NCBI GenBank assembly: GCA_965649295.1
Contig: CBFGKH010000008.1
Coordinates: forward strand, 64,001-128,000
Length of the DNA: 64,000 nucleotides
Origin: a candidate division WOR-3 bacterium
GTDB taxonomy: Bacteria; Hydrothermota; Tepidihabitantia; Tepidihabitantales; Tepidihabitantaceae
Direction: 5' to 3'
The notes under the pieces are model-generated. The model did no database searches, was not told the DNA's origin, and was given only the letters and a program-made list of their open reading frames with translations. This document shows, in pieces, positions 28,922 to 37,360 of the stretch (positions within the stretch are counted from its first letter, which is position 1; each line of letters starts with the position of its first letter). Made by a program: the position numbers and the translations under genes.

Positions 28922-29641
28922 TTAGTCCAGCCTGCCGCGCTCGGACATCTCTGCGAAGAGCGCGAGTACGGCTTGCTTGGTTCGGGCAAAGGGAGCAGGT
29001 GGTAAGTTGTGCTGTTCGGCCCAGTGGGCGAGTGCGGCGAGTTGGCGCTCGCGCACTGCCGGTCTTGAGTTGCGGGTGCGGCGGAGAATGGAGAAGAGCT
29101 TGCGAGCATAGGCCTTGATGTTGATGGCGAGCGGGTCGCGGACACCGATCCGTAGCTCGTCGAGCACGCTGACGACGACCTTCATCAGTTCCTTGTCTTG
29201 GCGCACGGCCGCGGCCTGTCGCACCGCTGCTCTAGCCAGCCGCTCAAGCTTTTCTGGCTTATTGGTCTTGGCCAGTAGCCCATCATAGTAGTTCAGGGCG
29301 CGGCGGCGCTCGTCCTCAGGGGCGCTCGCCAGCATCTCGAGCAGGCGCTGGCGAAGGGCAGGGCTCGGCTTGGTTGCAGTATCGAAGATGTCTGCTAACG
29401 CGGTGATGCTCTGCTGGGTTGCGCGTAGATAGTCCACGACCGAATTGATAGTCAGATAGGGCAGGTTGCCGCGCTCAATCTGCGATACGTGAGACTTGCC
29501 GCCCGGCCCGGTCTTGCCCATGAGCAGGGCGACTTGGGTTTGGGTAAGTCCGGCCTGCTTGCGCAGTTCGCGCAGGCGCTGGCCGAGCGATAGGACGAAC
29601 GCTCGGGCGGCTGGGTCGCTTGAGTAGCGTCGCCGGCTCAC
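28922..29641 (-). CDS. XRE-family HTH protein with unknown helical C-terminal domain
   Basis: LRELRKQAGLTQTQVA...SHVSQIERG; TATACT 6 nt before GTG. Confidence 0.8.
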   Translation of the reverse strand: MSRRRYSSDPAARAFVLSLGQRLRELRKQAGLTQTQVALLMGKTGPGGKSHVSQIERGNLPYLTINSVVDYLRATQQSITALADIFDTATKPSPALRQRLLEMLASAPEDERRRALNYYDGLLAKTNKPEKLERLARAAVRQAAAVRQDKELMKVVVSVLDELRIGVRDPLAINIKAYARKLFSILRRTRNSRPAVRERQLAALAHWAEQHNLPPAPFARTKQAVLALFAEMSERGRLD

Positions 29642-29646
29642 GCCTC

Positions 29647-30045
29647 AAGTATAAAGTTAGTACACACCTCCAGCAAGGGTCTTGCAGTCATAACTGGTTG
29701 GCAGAATTACCGTTAGGCCGCGTTCGCCAATCTGCCCCAGGGCGTCCCGGGGACGGCCCCAGGAGTCTCTCGCCGAGTCACTGGTTCGGTTGTCTCTTAC
29801 GCGGTTCCTGCGGCTGTTCCTCGAGACGTCCGAGGGGCCGTTATCCGTGGGGCTTGCTAAGCTGCCCGGCGAGAGGTCGTCCGAGGTGCCCGGCGAGGAG
29901 TCGGTTACGCTGTTCCGGGCTGGGTTGGGAAGACGGCTTGGGGCAGAGCTTGCCCGAGTCTCGGCCGCGGTGCTGGGGGAGCTACTTGTCGGGCTGCTTT
30001 GCAGGCTGCGGCCCGAACCGCTCGCCGGTACCTGCTTGGTGCTGG
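29647..30045 (-). repeat. Dispersed element copy B (12-nt-period array + tail), directly upstream of the XRE gene
   Basis: Minus-strand units AACCCAGCCCGG|AACAGCGTAACC|GACTCCTCGCCG|GGCACCTCGGAC; GCCGTCCCCGGGACG; tail TGTGTACTAACTTTATACTT. Confidence 0.7.
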
Positions 30046-30051
30046 CTTACC

Positions 30052-31257
30052 CTAGCGGCCGAGGAAGGTGCGGATGAACCCGTCGCCGCGGAGTTCGCCG
30101 AGCAGGCCGGCTTTGACCGATTCCTCGTCGTAGCGCTGGACCGAGTCGGCTGGGAACGCCCGGCCCATTATCGCCACGGGCACGGCGCCGTGGACGTGGG
30201 TGCCGGTTGATACCGGGGTCGGATGGTCAGGCAGGACCGCGACCGTGGCCTCGATGCCTTTCTCTTCAAGACCGCGCATCACCCGGCTGATGAGTCGCCG
30301 GTCAAGGAACTCGATGGCCTGAATTTTCTCTTTCACGTTCTTGGAATGGCCGGCCTCGTCCGGGGCCTCGACGTGGACATAGACAAAGTCGTGGTCAGCA
30401 AGAGCAGCGAGGCAGGCATCGGCCTTGCCTTCGAAGTTGGTGTCAATCAGTCCGGTCGCACCTTCGACCGGAATCGAATCGAGCCCGGCATATCTGCCGA
30501 CACCGTGAATCAGGTCAACTGCCGAGATGACGGCGCCGGTCAGACCGAACATCTCCTGATAGGTTGCCATCTTGGGCCGGTGGCCGGCAGACCAGGGCCA
30601 GATTGAGTTGGCCGGATCCTTGCCCTTGGCAACCCGCTGCTGGTTGACCGCGTGTCCGGGCAGTATCTCCCAGGATTTGTGAATCAGTCGGGTCAACAGT
30701 TCAGCGGTTGGCTCGGCTGCGGCAGTTCTTGCCTTGGGCAGCAGCGCGGCAGCGGGCTCGCCGACGTGGTCGTGGGGCGGTGCCAGTTCGAGTTCGGCAG
30801 AGCCGGAACTGAGCACGAGTAGGTGGCGGTAGGAGATGCCGGGGAAGAAGTGGACGTTCTCGTTGCCGAGGTGGCGGTCAATTGTGCGAATCAGTTCTGC
30901 GCCTTCCGGGGTTGAGATGTGGCCGGCAGAGTGGTTCTTGATGCGGCCGTCTTGCAGGCAGATGAGGTTACAGCGCATCGCCACATCGTTTGGCCGGATT
31001 TCGACGCCCATACTGGCGGCTTCGAGCACACCGCGGCCCTGGTGGCACTGCTTTGGGTCGTAGCCGAGCACGGTCAGGTTGGCAACCTCAGAGCCGGGCG
31101 GCATGTCGTCTTCGACCGTGACAAATGTGCCGCACCGGCCCAATCGGGCGATTCCGTCCATTGTCGGCTTCTGCGCTACCTGAAGCGGAGTCTTGTGGCC
31201 AAGCTCCGGTACCGGATAGTCGGCCATTCCGTCGCCAAGGAAGATGATGTACTTCAT
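30052..31257 (-). CDS. apgM: ApgM-type cofactor-independent phosphoglycerate mutase / proposed homoserine kinase
   Basis: GDGMAD, PGSEVANL, GRGVLEA, HVEAPDEAGH, PDHPTP; adjacent to thrC. Confidence 0.88.
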   Translation of the reverse strand: MKYIIFLGDGMADYPVPELGHKTPLQVAQKPTMDGIARLGRCGTFVTVEDDMPPGSEVANLTVLGYDPKQCHQGRGVLEAASMGVEIRPNDVAMRCNLICLQDGRIKNHSAGHISTPEGAELIRTIDRHLGNENVHFFPGISYRHLLVLSSGSAELELAPPHDHVGEPAAALLPKARTAAAEPTAELLTRLIHKSWEILPGHAVNQQRVAKGKDPANSIWPWSAGHRPKMATYQEMFGLTGAVISAVDLIHGVGRYAGLDSIPVEGATGLIDTNFEGKADACLAALADHDFVYVHVEAPDEAGHSKNVKEKIQAIEFLDRRLISRVMRGLEEKGIEATVAVLPDHPTPVSTGTHVHGAVPVAIMGRAFPADSVQRYDEESVKAGLLGELRGDGFIRTFLGR

Positions 31258-31311
31258 TGGGAAGTGAACGAGTGGGCTAGTCGGTGTCGGCCAATGGTGA
31301 CCACGTGCGAC

Positions 31312-32667
31312 CTAGAGGGCTTTTTGCAGGTAGTCCTTGAACCAGCGATAGTCGTTTGGGCCCTGGTCGTAGTGCTCGGGCTTGTGGTCGAGGCCGGCGA
31401 GTGCCGGCGGCAGTTCGGGTTCGATGCCAAGCAGCCGGCTAATCTCCTCAGGAAACTTGGCCGGGTGGGCAGTTTCGAGGGAGACGGCAAAGCCGGACTG
31501 GTCAAGCGGTGAGCTGGCGAGATACTCTTCCAGCGCGGCCCAGCCGACAGCGCCGTGGGGTTCGAGCATGACCCGGTGGTTTTGCCAGGTGCGGACGATT
31601 GCCTGACGGGTGGCGTCCTCAGAGATGCTGGTTGAGTACATGTCGCGGCGCATGGCCGCAAAGTCGGGTTGGACCTTGACATTGCCCTGCTCGTCCATCT
31701 GGCCGCCATAGAGCGCAACCAGCCGGGGCAGGTTGGACGGATGGCCGACGTTCATCGCCGAGGAGATGCAGACGCGGGACGGCACAACCTTCTCGTAGCG
31801 GCCAGTGGCAAGGAAGCGGGGAAACTCGTCGTTGGCGTTGGTGGCAATGATGAACCGCTCGGCAGGCAGCCCCATTTTGAATGCAAACATCCCGCCGCAC
31901 ATGTCGCCGAAGTTGCCCGAGGGAACCGAGAACAACGCCGGCTCGCCCCGCTCCTGCAGCTTTGCCCAGGCGTAGAAGTAATAGACTGACTGGGGCAATA
32001 GCCGGCCGATGTTGATCGAGTTGGCGGAGGAGAAGGGGATGTTTTTGAGGTCGGGGTCGGCAAAGGCCTGCTTGACCAGGGCTTGGCAGTCGTCGAACTT
32101 GCCGTCAATGCTGATGATGGTGACATTGCCACCAAGGGTGGTCATCTGCTTGCGCTGGCGGGAGGTTACTTCCTTTTCGGGAAAGAGGACAATGACGCGG
32201 ATGCGTTCGACATTGTGGAACGCGGCGGCAACCGCCGAGCCGGTGTCGCCAGAAGTGGCGGTGAGGATGACGATTTCGCCGCCCTGTTGCTTGAGAAAGT
32301 AGCGCATCATCCTGGCCATTGCCCGGGCGGCAAAGTCTTTGAAGCTGGCAGTCGGCCCTTGGTCGAGGCGGAGCACATAGAGCCCATCCCGCACCGGTTC
32401 GAGCGGCACCGGATAGTCGTAGCACTCCTGGCAGATGCGGCCAAGCTCGTCGTCGGGTATCAGGCCGGCAGTGAACCGGCGCAAAACCGCAAAGGCAATC
32501 TCGTGGTAGGGCTTGTCCCGGAACCCCAATATCTCCTCGCGCGGGATTACCGGCAGCTCGCGCGGCATATACAGGCCTTTGTCCGGAGCCTGGCCGGTCA
32601 GCAGGGCGGTGCGGAGATTGACATCGGGCGAGGACAGGTTAGTGGAGAACAGGCTAGTGGAGGACAT
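31312..32667 (-). CDS. thrC: Threonine synthase
   Basis: GPTASFKDFAA, ATSGDTGSA, SANSINIGRL, VPSGNFG, TAHPAKF. Confidence 0.95.
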   Translation of the reverse strand: MSSTSLFSTNLSSPDVNLRTALLTGQAPDKGLYMPRELPVIPREEILGFRDKPYHEIAFAVLRRFTAGLIPDDELGRICQECYDYPVPLEPVRDGLYVLRLDQGPTASFKDFAARAMARMMRYFLKQQGGEIVILTATSGDTGSAVAAAFHNVERIRVIVLFPEKEVTSRQRKQMTTLGGNVTIISIDGKFDDCQALVKQAFADPDLKNIPFSSANSINIGRLLPQSVYYFYAWAKLQERGEPALFSVPSGNFGDMCGGMFAFKMGLPAERFIIATNANDEFPRFLATGRYEKVVPSRVCISSAMNVGHPSNLPRLVALYGGQMDEQGNVKVQPDFAAMRRDMYSTSISEDATRQAIVRTWQNHRVMLEPHGAVGWAALEEYLASSPLDQSGFAVSLETAHPAKFPEEISRLLGIEPELPPALAGLDHKPEHYDQGPNDYRWFKDYLQKAL

Positions 32668-32739
32668 GGCTAGTGAAGGATGCGACCAGTGGTTAGGTTA
32701 GTGACGGACAGGGCGAGCGAGAAGTACGAAAGAAGCAAG

Positions 32740-33147
32740 TTAGGCATAGGCACGTTTCCTCTCAAGGGACTTGATGAGCGCCTTGCAGAGGCGGTCCACA
32801 TCGCCGAGCGACTGCAGCAGCTCGTTGACCTGCTTGTCGGCCAGGAAGCCAAGGTTGCCGGCAAGCAGAATGTGGGTCTCAAGCTCGCAGATGGAGCCAT
32901 AGGCGATGTATAGCGAGCGCAGGAAGTCGGAAGTGGTGCGGCGGCCATAGCCTTCGGCGATGTTCGCCGGGATCGAAACAGCAGCGCGGCGAAGTTGGCT
33001 GGTAAGGCCGTACAGTTCCGATGTCGGGAACTTTCGAGTGTGGCGGTAGGCGGCAACAGAAAGGCTGAACGCCTGCTGCCAGACCTTCAGGTCACGGTAA
33101 CTCTTGACCACTGCTCGCCGCACTTGGCCGTTCGTCGATTCCGCCAC
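32740..33147 (-). CDS. Four-helix-bundle protein (23S rRNA IVP / bAvd-like family)
   Basis: YRDLKVWQ...FP..E.YGLTSQLRRAAVSIPANIAEG. Confidence 0.92.
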   Translation of the reverse strand: MAESTNGQVRRAVVKSYRDLKVWQQAFSLSVAAYRHTRKFPTSELYGLTSQLRRAAVSIPANIAEGYGRRTTSDFLRSLYIAYGSICELETHILLAGNLGFLADKQVNELLQSLGDVDRLCKALIKSLERKRAYA

Positions 33148-33195
33148 TAGTGCTGTCCCTTACTGGCCGTTTTCACTAGTCGAACCACTAGTCTC

Positions 33196-34605
33196 CTACT
33201 TTGCTACTGTCAGCGCTTGGTCTAGGTCGTTGATGACGTCGTCAGGGTGCTCGCCGCCGACCGAGAGACGGATGAGGTCCGGTGGAATGGCGGCCATATC
33301 GCGGGCGGCCTCGCCCTGCAGCAGGTGGGTCGAGATTGCCGGAATGGTGGCTACGGTTTTGACCCGGCCAAGGTCGGTGGCGCGCCAGATCATTCCCAAC
33401 CGGTCGAACACGGCCCGCGCCGACTTGGGCCCGCCCTTGACGCGGAACGAGAGCAGGTGGGTGTAGCGGTTCACCTTCTGCCGGTACCGGTCGTCATACT
33501 CGGCGTCAACAAGCCAGAGATACTTGCTGGCCACCGGATGGAGCGGATTGTCCTCAAGGCCGAGGTAGTTCACCGCCGCTACCGCCGGATGGCGGGCGAG
33601 GAACCGGGCAACTTTCATTGCGTTCTGGCTCCAGATGTCAACCCGGGTGCGCAGGGTGCGAATGTCGTTGAGGCTGGAGGTTGCTTGGAACGGATGGAGG
33701 CAGCCGCCCTGGTCGCGCTGCGGCCAACGTTTGAGATAGAGGGCGAAGTCGGCCTTCATCTCATCGTTGTCAATGTTGGAGACGATCGGCTTGCGACATA
33801 TAACCGCGCCGGCAATGCCGGTGCCGGACGAGCTCATCACCTTGGTGACCGACTGAATCACGATATCCGCACCATGGGCAAGCGGCCGGAACAAGGCGGG
33901 CGAGGCAACAGTTGAGTCGGCAACCATCGGGATGCCGTGCTCGTGGGCCAGGGCCGCGACCTTGGCGATGTCAAAGAACGCAAGCCCCGGATTGGAGGGC
34001 AGCTCGCCGTAGAGGAAGCGGGTGTCCCTATCAATCTTGCTGCGCCATTCGTCAATATCGTTCGAGTTGACAATCCAGCGGACGTCAATGCCACGCTCCT
34101 TCAGCTTGCGGGTGGCGAATTGCTGGAACGTGCCGCCATAGACTTGGCAGGTGGCAACAAAGTTGCCGATGCGGCCGTGCTGCTGGACGAGCAGCGTATC
34201 GGTGACGTTTTCGATGGCCGCCATGCCTGAGGAGTAGGAGCAGCAGCTCGTCTCAAAGTCGCAGCCGTAGCCTTCGAGCAGGGCAAGCGTGTCTTCCAGG
34301 TAGCCAAGAGTCGGGTTGTGGATGCGGGAGTAGCACCAGGTTGGAATCTGGTAGGAAAGAGCTGCTTCCATTTCATCGGAGTCCCGGTAGGCCTGCGCGG
34401 CAGCAAGGAAGGTCGGCTCCATGGTCGCGCCCTGGCAGTTGGTGAGCGCTTCTTCAACCGTATAGAGGCCGTGGACCGCAATCGTATCGAAGCGTAGCTT
34501 GCGGGCGCGCTGAATCCGACGGTCGCGTTCGGCCAGGAGCTTCTTGGCCTGTTCGAGATAGCGGCGGACGCCTTCACTGGGGGATGGTTCACGAACACTG
34601 CTCAC
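33196..34605 (-). CDS. Cys/Met metabolism PLP enzyme (O-acylhomoserine sulfhydrylase / cystathionine gamma-synthase-like)
   Basis: YSRIHNPT, SSGMAAI, YGGT, ELPSNP, DST, SVTK, LIRLSVG. Confidence 0.85.
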   Translation of the reverse strand: MSSVREPSPSEGVRRYLEQAKKLLAERDRRIQRARKLRFDTIAVHGLYTVEEALTNCQGATMEPTFLAAAQAYRDSDEMEAALSYQIPTWCYSRIHNPTLGYLEDTLALLEGYGCDFETSCCSYSSGMAAIENVTDTLLVQQHGRIGNFVATCQVYGGTFQQFATRKLKERGIDVRWIVNSNDIDEWRSKIDRDTRFLYGELPSNPGLAFFDIAKVAALAHEHGIPMVADSTVASPALFRPLAHGADIVIQSVTKVMSSSGTGIAGAVICRKPIVSNIDNDEMKADFALYLKRWPQRDQGGCLHPFQATSSLNDIRTLRTRVDIWSQNAMKVARFLARHPAVAAVNYLGLEDNPLHPVASKYLWLVDAEYDDRYRQKVNRYTHLLSFRVKGGPKSARAVFDRLGMIWRATDLGRVKTVATIPAISTHLLQGEAARDMAAIPPDLIRLSVGGEHPDDVINDLDQALTVAK

Positions 34606-34715
34606 ACTAGCTCCTTTCGCTTAGTCACAAGGTAATATTCGCCTTAGTGAGAGCAAAGTCAAGCCGGCAAGAGACCAAGAGCACCAAATACGCGCTGGGC
34701 TGAACCGGACAGGTT

Positions 34716-35897
34716 TCAGGCGCCGGCCAGGGCCTGGTCGAGGTCGGCAATCAGGTCCTGCGCGTCCTCGATGCCGGTTGAGTAGCGGACAAGACCGTCG
34801 GTGATGCCAGCGGCAAGCCGCGATTCGCGCGGCACGCCGGCGTGAGTCATCGAGGCGGGGTGCTCGATGAGGGTCTCGACCCCACCGAGCGAGACTGCGA
34901 GCGTTGCCACCCGAACACTGTCCATCACATGCCGACCAGCCGCAATACCGCCCTTGAGCTCGAAGCTGAAGACTGCACCGGGCCCGCGCATCTGGCGGCG
35001 GCCGAGTTCATACTGCGGATGGGACGGAAGGCCGATATGGCGCACCCAGGCGACTTTGGGGTGCTGTTCGAGCCAAGCGGCAATCTTGGTGGCATTCTCC
35101 TGGGCGCGCTCGATGCGCAGGGCCAGGGTCTTGAGGCCGCGGATGGTCAGGAATGCCTGGTGGGGGTCCATATTGCAGCCGAAGTTGACCATCATCGGTC
35201 GGATGCGGTGGTAGAGTTCTTCGGTCTTGGTGACGATGACGCCGCCAACAACGTCGGCGTGGCCGTTGATGAACTTCGTTACTGAGTGGAGTACGATGTC
35301 GGCCCCGAGTTCGAGCGGCTGCTGCAGGTAGGGGCTGGCAAAGGTGCTGTCCACTGCCAAAAGGCAGTTATGCTTGTGCGCCAGTTCGGCAGCGGCAGCC
35401 AGGTCGGTGAGCAGCATCGCCGGATTGGATGGCGTCTCGACATAGAGGAGGCGGGTGTTCGGGCGCAGTGCAGCCCGGACCTGCGTAAGGTCGGCGGTGT
35501 CAACAAATGTCGCGGTCACACCGAAGCGGGAAAGGTGGTTCTCCAGCAGACCGCGCGATGGGCCATAGACCGAGGCAGTGCTGACAACATGAGCGCCGGC
35601 TGCGAGCAGGCCGAGGAAGACCGATGCGACTGCGCCCATGCCTGAGCTGGTGGCGATGCCGCCGTAGCCATTCTCGAGCACCGCCATCCCGTCTTCAAGC
35701 GCCTTGATGGTTGGGTTGGCGATGCGAGTGTAGATGTAGCCCTTGTCCTCGCCGGCAAAACGACTGGCGCCCTGGGCCGCATTGTCAAAGGCAAAGGTCG
35801 AGTTTTGATAGATGGGGACATTGACCGCGCCGAACTGGTCCTTCGGCAGGGTGGCATGAACGAGTTTGGTATTGAACCGGTGCTTGGGATTGGTCAT
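34716..35897 (-). CDS. Methionine gamma-lyase / cystathionine gamma-lyase family enzyme
   Basis: YIYTRIANPT, ETPSNP, HSVTKFINGHAD, AVSLGGVETLIEHPASMTH. Confidence 0.9.
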   Translation of the reverse strand: MTNPKHRFNTKLVHATLPKDQFGAVNVPIYQNSTFAFDNAAQGASRFAGEDKGYIYTRIANPTIKALEDGMAVLENGYGGIATSSGMGAVASVFLGLLAAGAHVVSTASVYGPSRGLLENHLSRFGVTATFVDTADLTQVRAALRPNTRLLYVETPSNPAMLLTDLAAAAELAHKHNCLLAVDSTFASPYLQQPLELGADIVLHSVTKFINGHADVVGGVIVTKTEELYHRIRPMMVNFGCNMDPHQAFLTIRGLKTLALRIERAQENATKIAAWLEQHPKVAWVRHIGLPSHPQYELGRRQMRGPGAVFSFELKGGIAAGRHVMDSVRVATLAVSLGGVETLIEHPASMTHAGVPRESRLAAGITDGLVRYSTGIEDAQDLIADLDQALAGA

Positions 35898-36006
35898 GGG
35901 GTTGTGCTCCTTTTGCCGGGCAATCTTCCCCGAATCGGCAAGGGAAGTCAAGCCGCTGGTCCGCGCCGGCAGTTGCATTGGGAATGGCGATGGATTACAA
36001 TTAGCT

Positions 36007-37254
36007 ATGGCAGAGTCTTTCCCGCGCCGGGCTGGTAACAGACGGGACCGTTCGCCGCTGGCCGCTGGTATCAACGAGCCGGGTTCGGCCTCCCAGCTAC
36101 TGCGGCGGGCGCAAGCAGCCTTCTATCGCGAGGACGATCACGAGGCGCTGGACCTGTTACTGGAGGTGCTGCGGCTTGCGCCGAATAACCTCCACGCCCA
36201 CTACCTAGCTGCGCTCTGTGCCCATCTGGTGAGCGATGAGGCAACGATTGACGAGGTGACCGCCCACGCGCTGGCGATTGACCGGCGCCATCCTTTCACG
36301 ATTGCCTGCGAGGCGGTGCGGTTTCTCTTCCTTGACAACTACTCTCGTGCCGATGACCTGTTCAGTAAGGCACTCTCCTATCTGCCCGATGACCTTGACC
36401 TCTGCATTGGCTGGGGGATTCTCCACGAGTACTCGGGCGACGAGGCGCGGAGTGTCGAGGCGTTTCAGCGGGCAATAGAGATTGATCCAAACAATGTTCG
36501 GGCGCGGGTCTCGCTGGGCATTGCCTACGCGATGAGCGGTGAGTATCAGAGCGCGCTGGAGGAGTATCAGCGGGCCAAGGCGATTGACCCGACCATCGAG
36601 AATCCCCACCAGCGGCTGGGCCGCGACTACTACCTTGACGGTGCGTTTGAGGAGGCGGCAAGTGAGTTTGCCCAGGCGACTGCTGAGGAGCCGGAGGAGG
36701 CCGCAGCCTATTTCTACCTGATGGACTGCTATAACCGGCTGGGCCGGTGCGACGACGCGCTTGATGTCTATGACCAGATTCGCCAGCGGTTTGACGATGA
36801 CCCCGAGACGACGAGCGGTTTCTATGAGTACTTTCATATGCACAAGGAGGCGATTGGTGCGCTGGAGAAGCTGGTTGAGCAGGACCCAGAAGATGCCGAG
36901 GTCCGGTTCCGATTGAGCATGGCCTATGCTGAGGCGGGACGGGTAGAGGATGCCATCAAGGCGATGGAGTGCGGGATTGACATGGACCCCGACAACGCCG
37001 TGGCTCAGGCACAGTTTGGTCGGCTGCTCTTTGAGCACGGTGAGTTTCATCGGGCAGTGACCGCGTGCCGGCGGGCGATCAGGCTCAACCCTTATGACCA
37101 GAACGCGCACGTGACCTTGGCCGATGCGCTGCTCTTTTTGGGTCGGGATGAGGAGTCGCGGCAGACTATTGAGGAGATGGAGCGAACGCGCGAGGAGGCT
37201 TGGCGGCGCTACCGGGACAAGTTCTCGGGCGGTACCGGAGATAGCGAGGAGTAG
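36007..37254 (+). CDS. Tetratricopeptide repeat protein
   Basis: Multiple TPRs; TTGCAT-17-TACAAT promoter 5 nt before ATG 36007. Confidence 0.85.
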   Translation: MAESFPRRAGNRRDRSPLAAGINEPGSASQLLRRAQAAFYREDDHEALDLLLEVLRLAPNNLHAHYLAALCAHLVSDEATIDEVTAHALAIDRRHPFTIACEAVRFLFLDNYSRADDLFSKALSYLPDDLDLCIGWGILHEYSGDEARSVEAFQRAIEIDPNNVRARVSLGIAYAMSGEYQSALEEYQRAKAIDPTIENPHQRLGRDYYLDGAFEEAASEFAQATAEEPEEAAAYFYLMDCYNRLGRCDDALDVYDQIRQRFDDDPETTSGFYEYFHMHKEAIGALEKLVEQDPEDAEVRFRLSMAYAEAGRVEDAIKAMECGIDMDPDNAVAQAQFGRLLFEHGEFHRAVTACRRAIRLNPYDQNAHVTLADALLFLGRDEESRQTIEEMERTREEAWRRYRDKFSGGTGDSEE

Positions 37255-37274
37255 CGGCCGTCGGTCGCAGCGCC

Positions 37275-37305
37275 AAGACCGGCTTGCCGGTCTTTTGTTT
37301 TTGTT
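37275..37305 (+). terminator. Rho-independent terminator
   Basis: AAGACCGG-CTTG-CCGGTCTT followed by a T-rich tail. Confidence 0.8.
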
Positions 37306-37360
37306 GGCGGTGGCCCAGTGATTATTGACACGACTAGGTCGAAGGTTACACTCTGCCAAG

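Noticed and set aside
32740..33147. Diversity-generating retroelement (bAvd-like protein)
   Set aside because: No reverse transcriptase and no TR/VR repeat pair seen in the window
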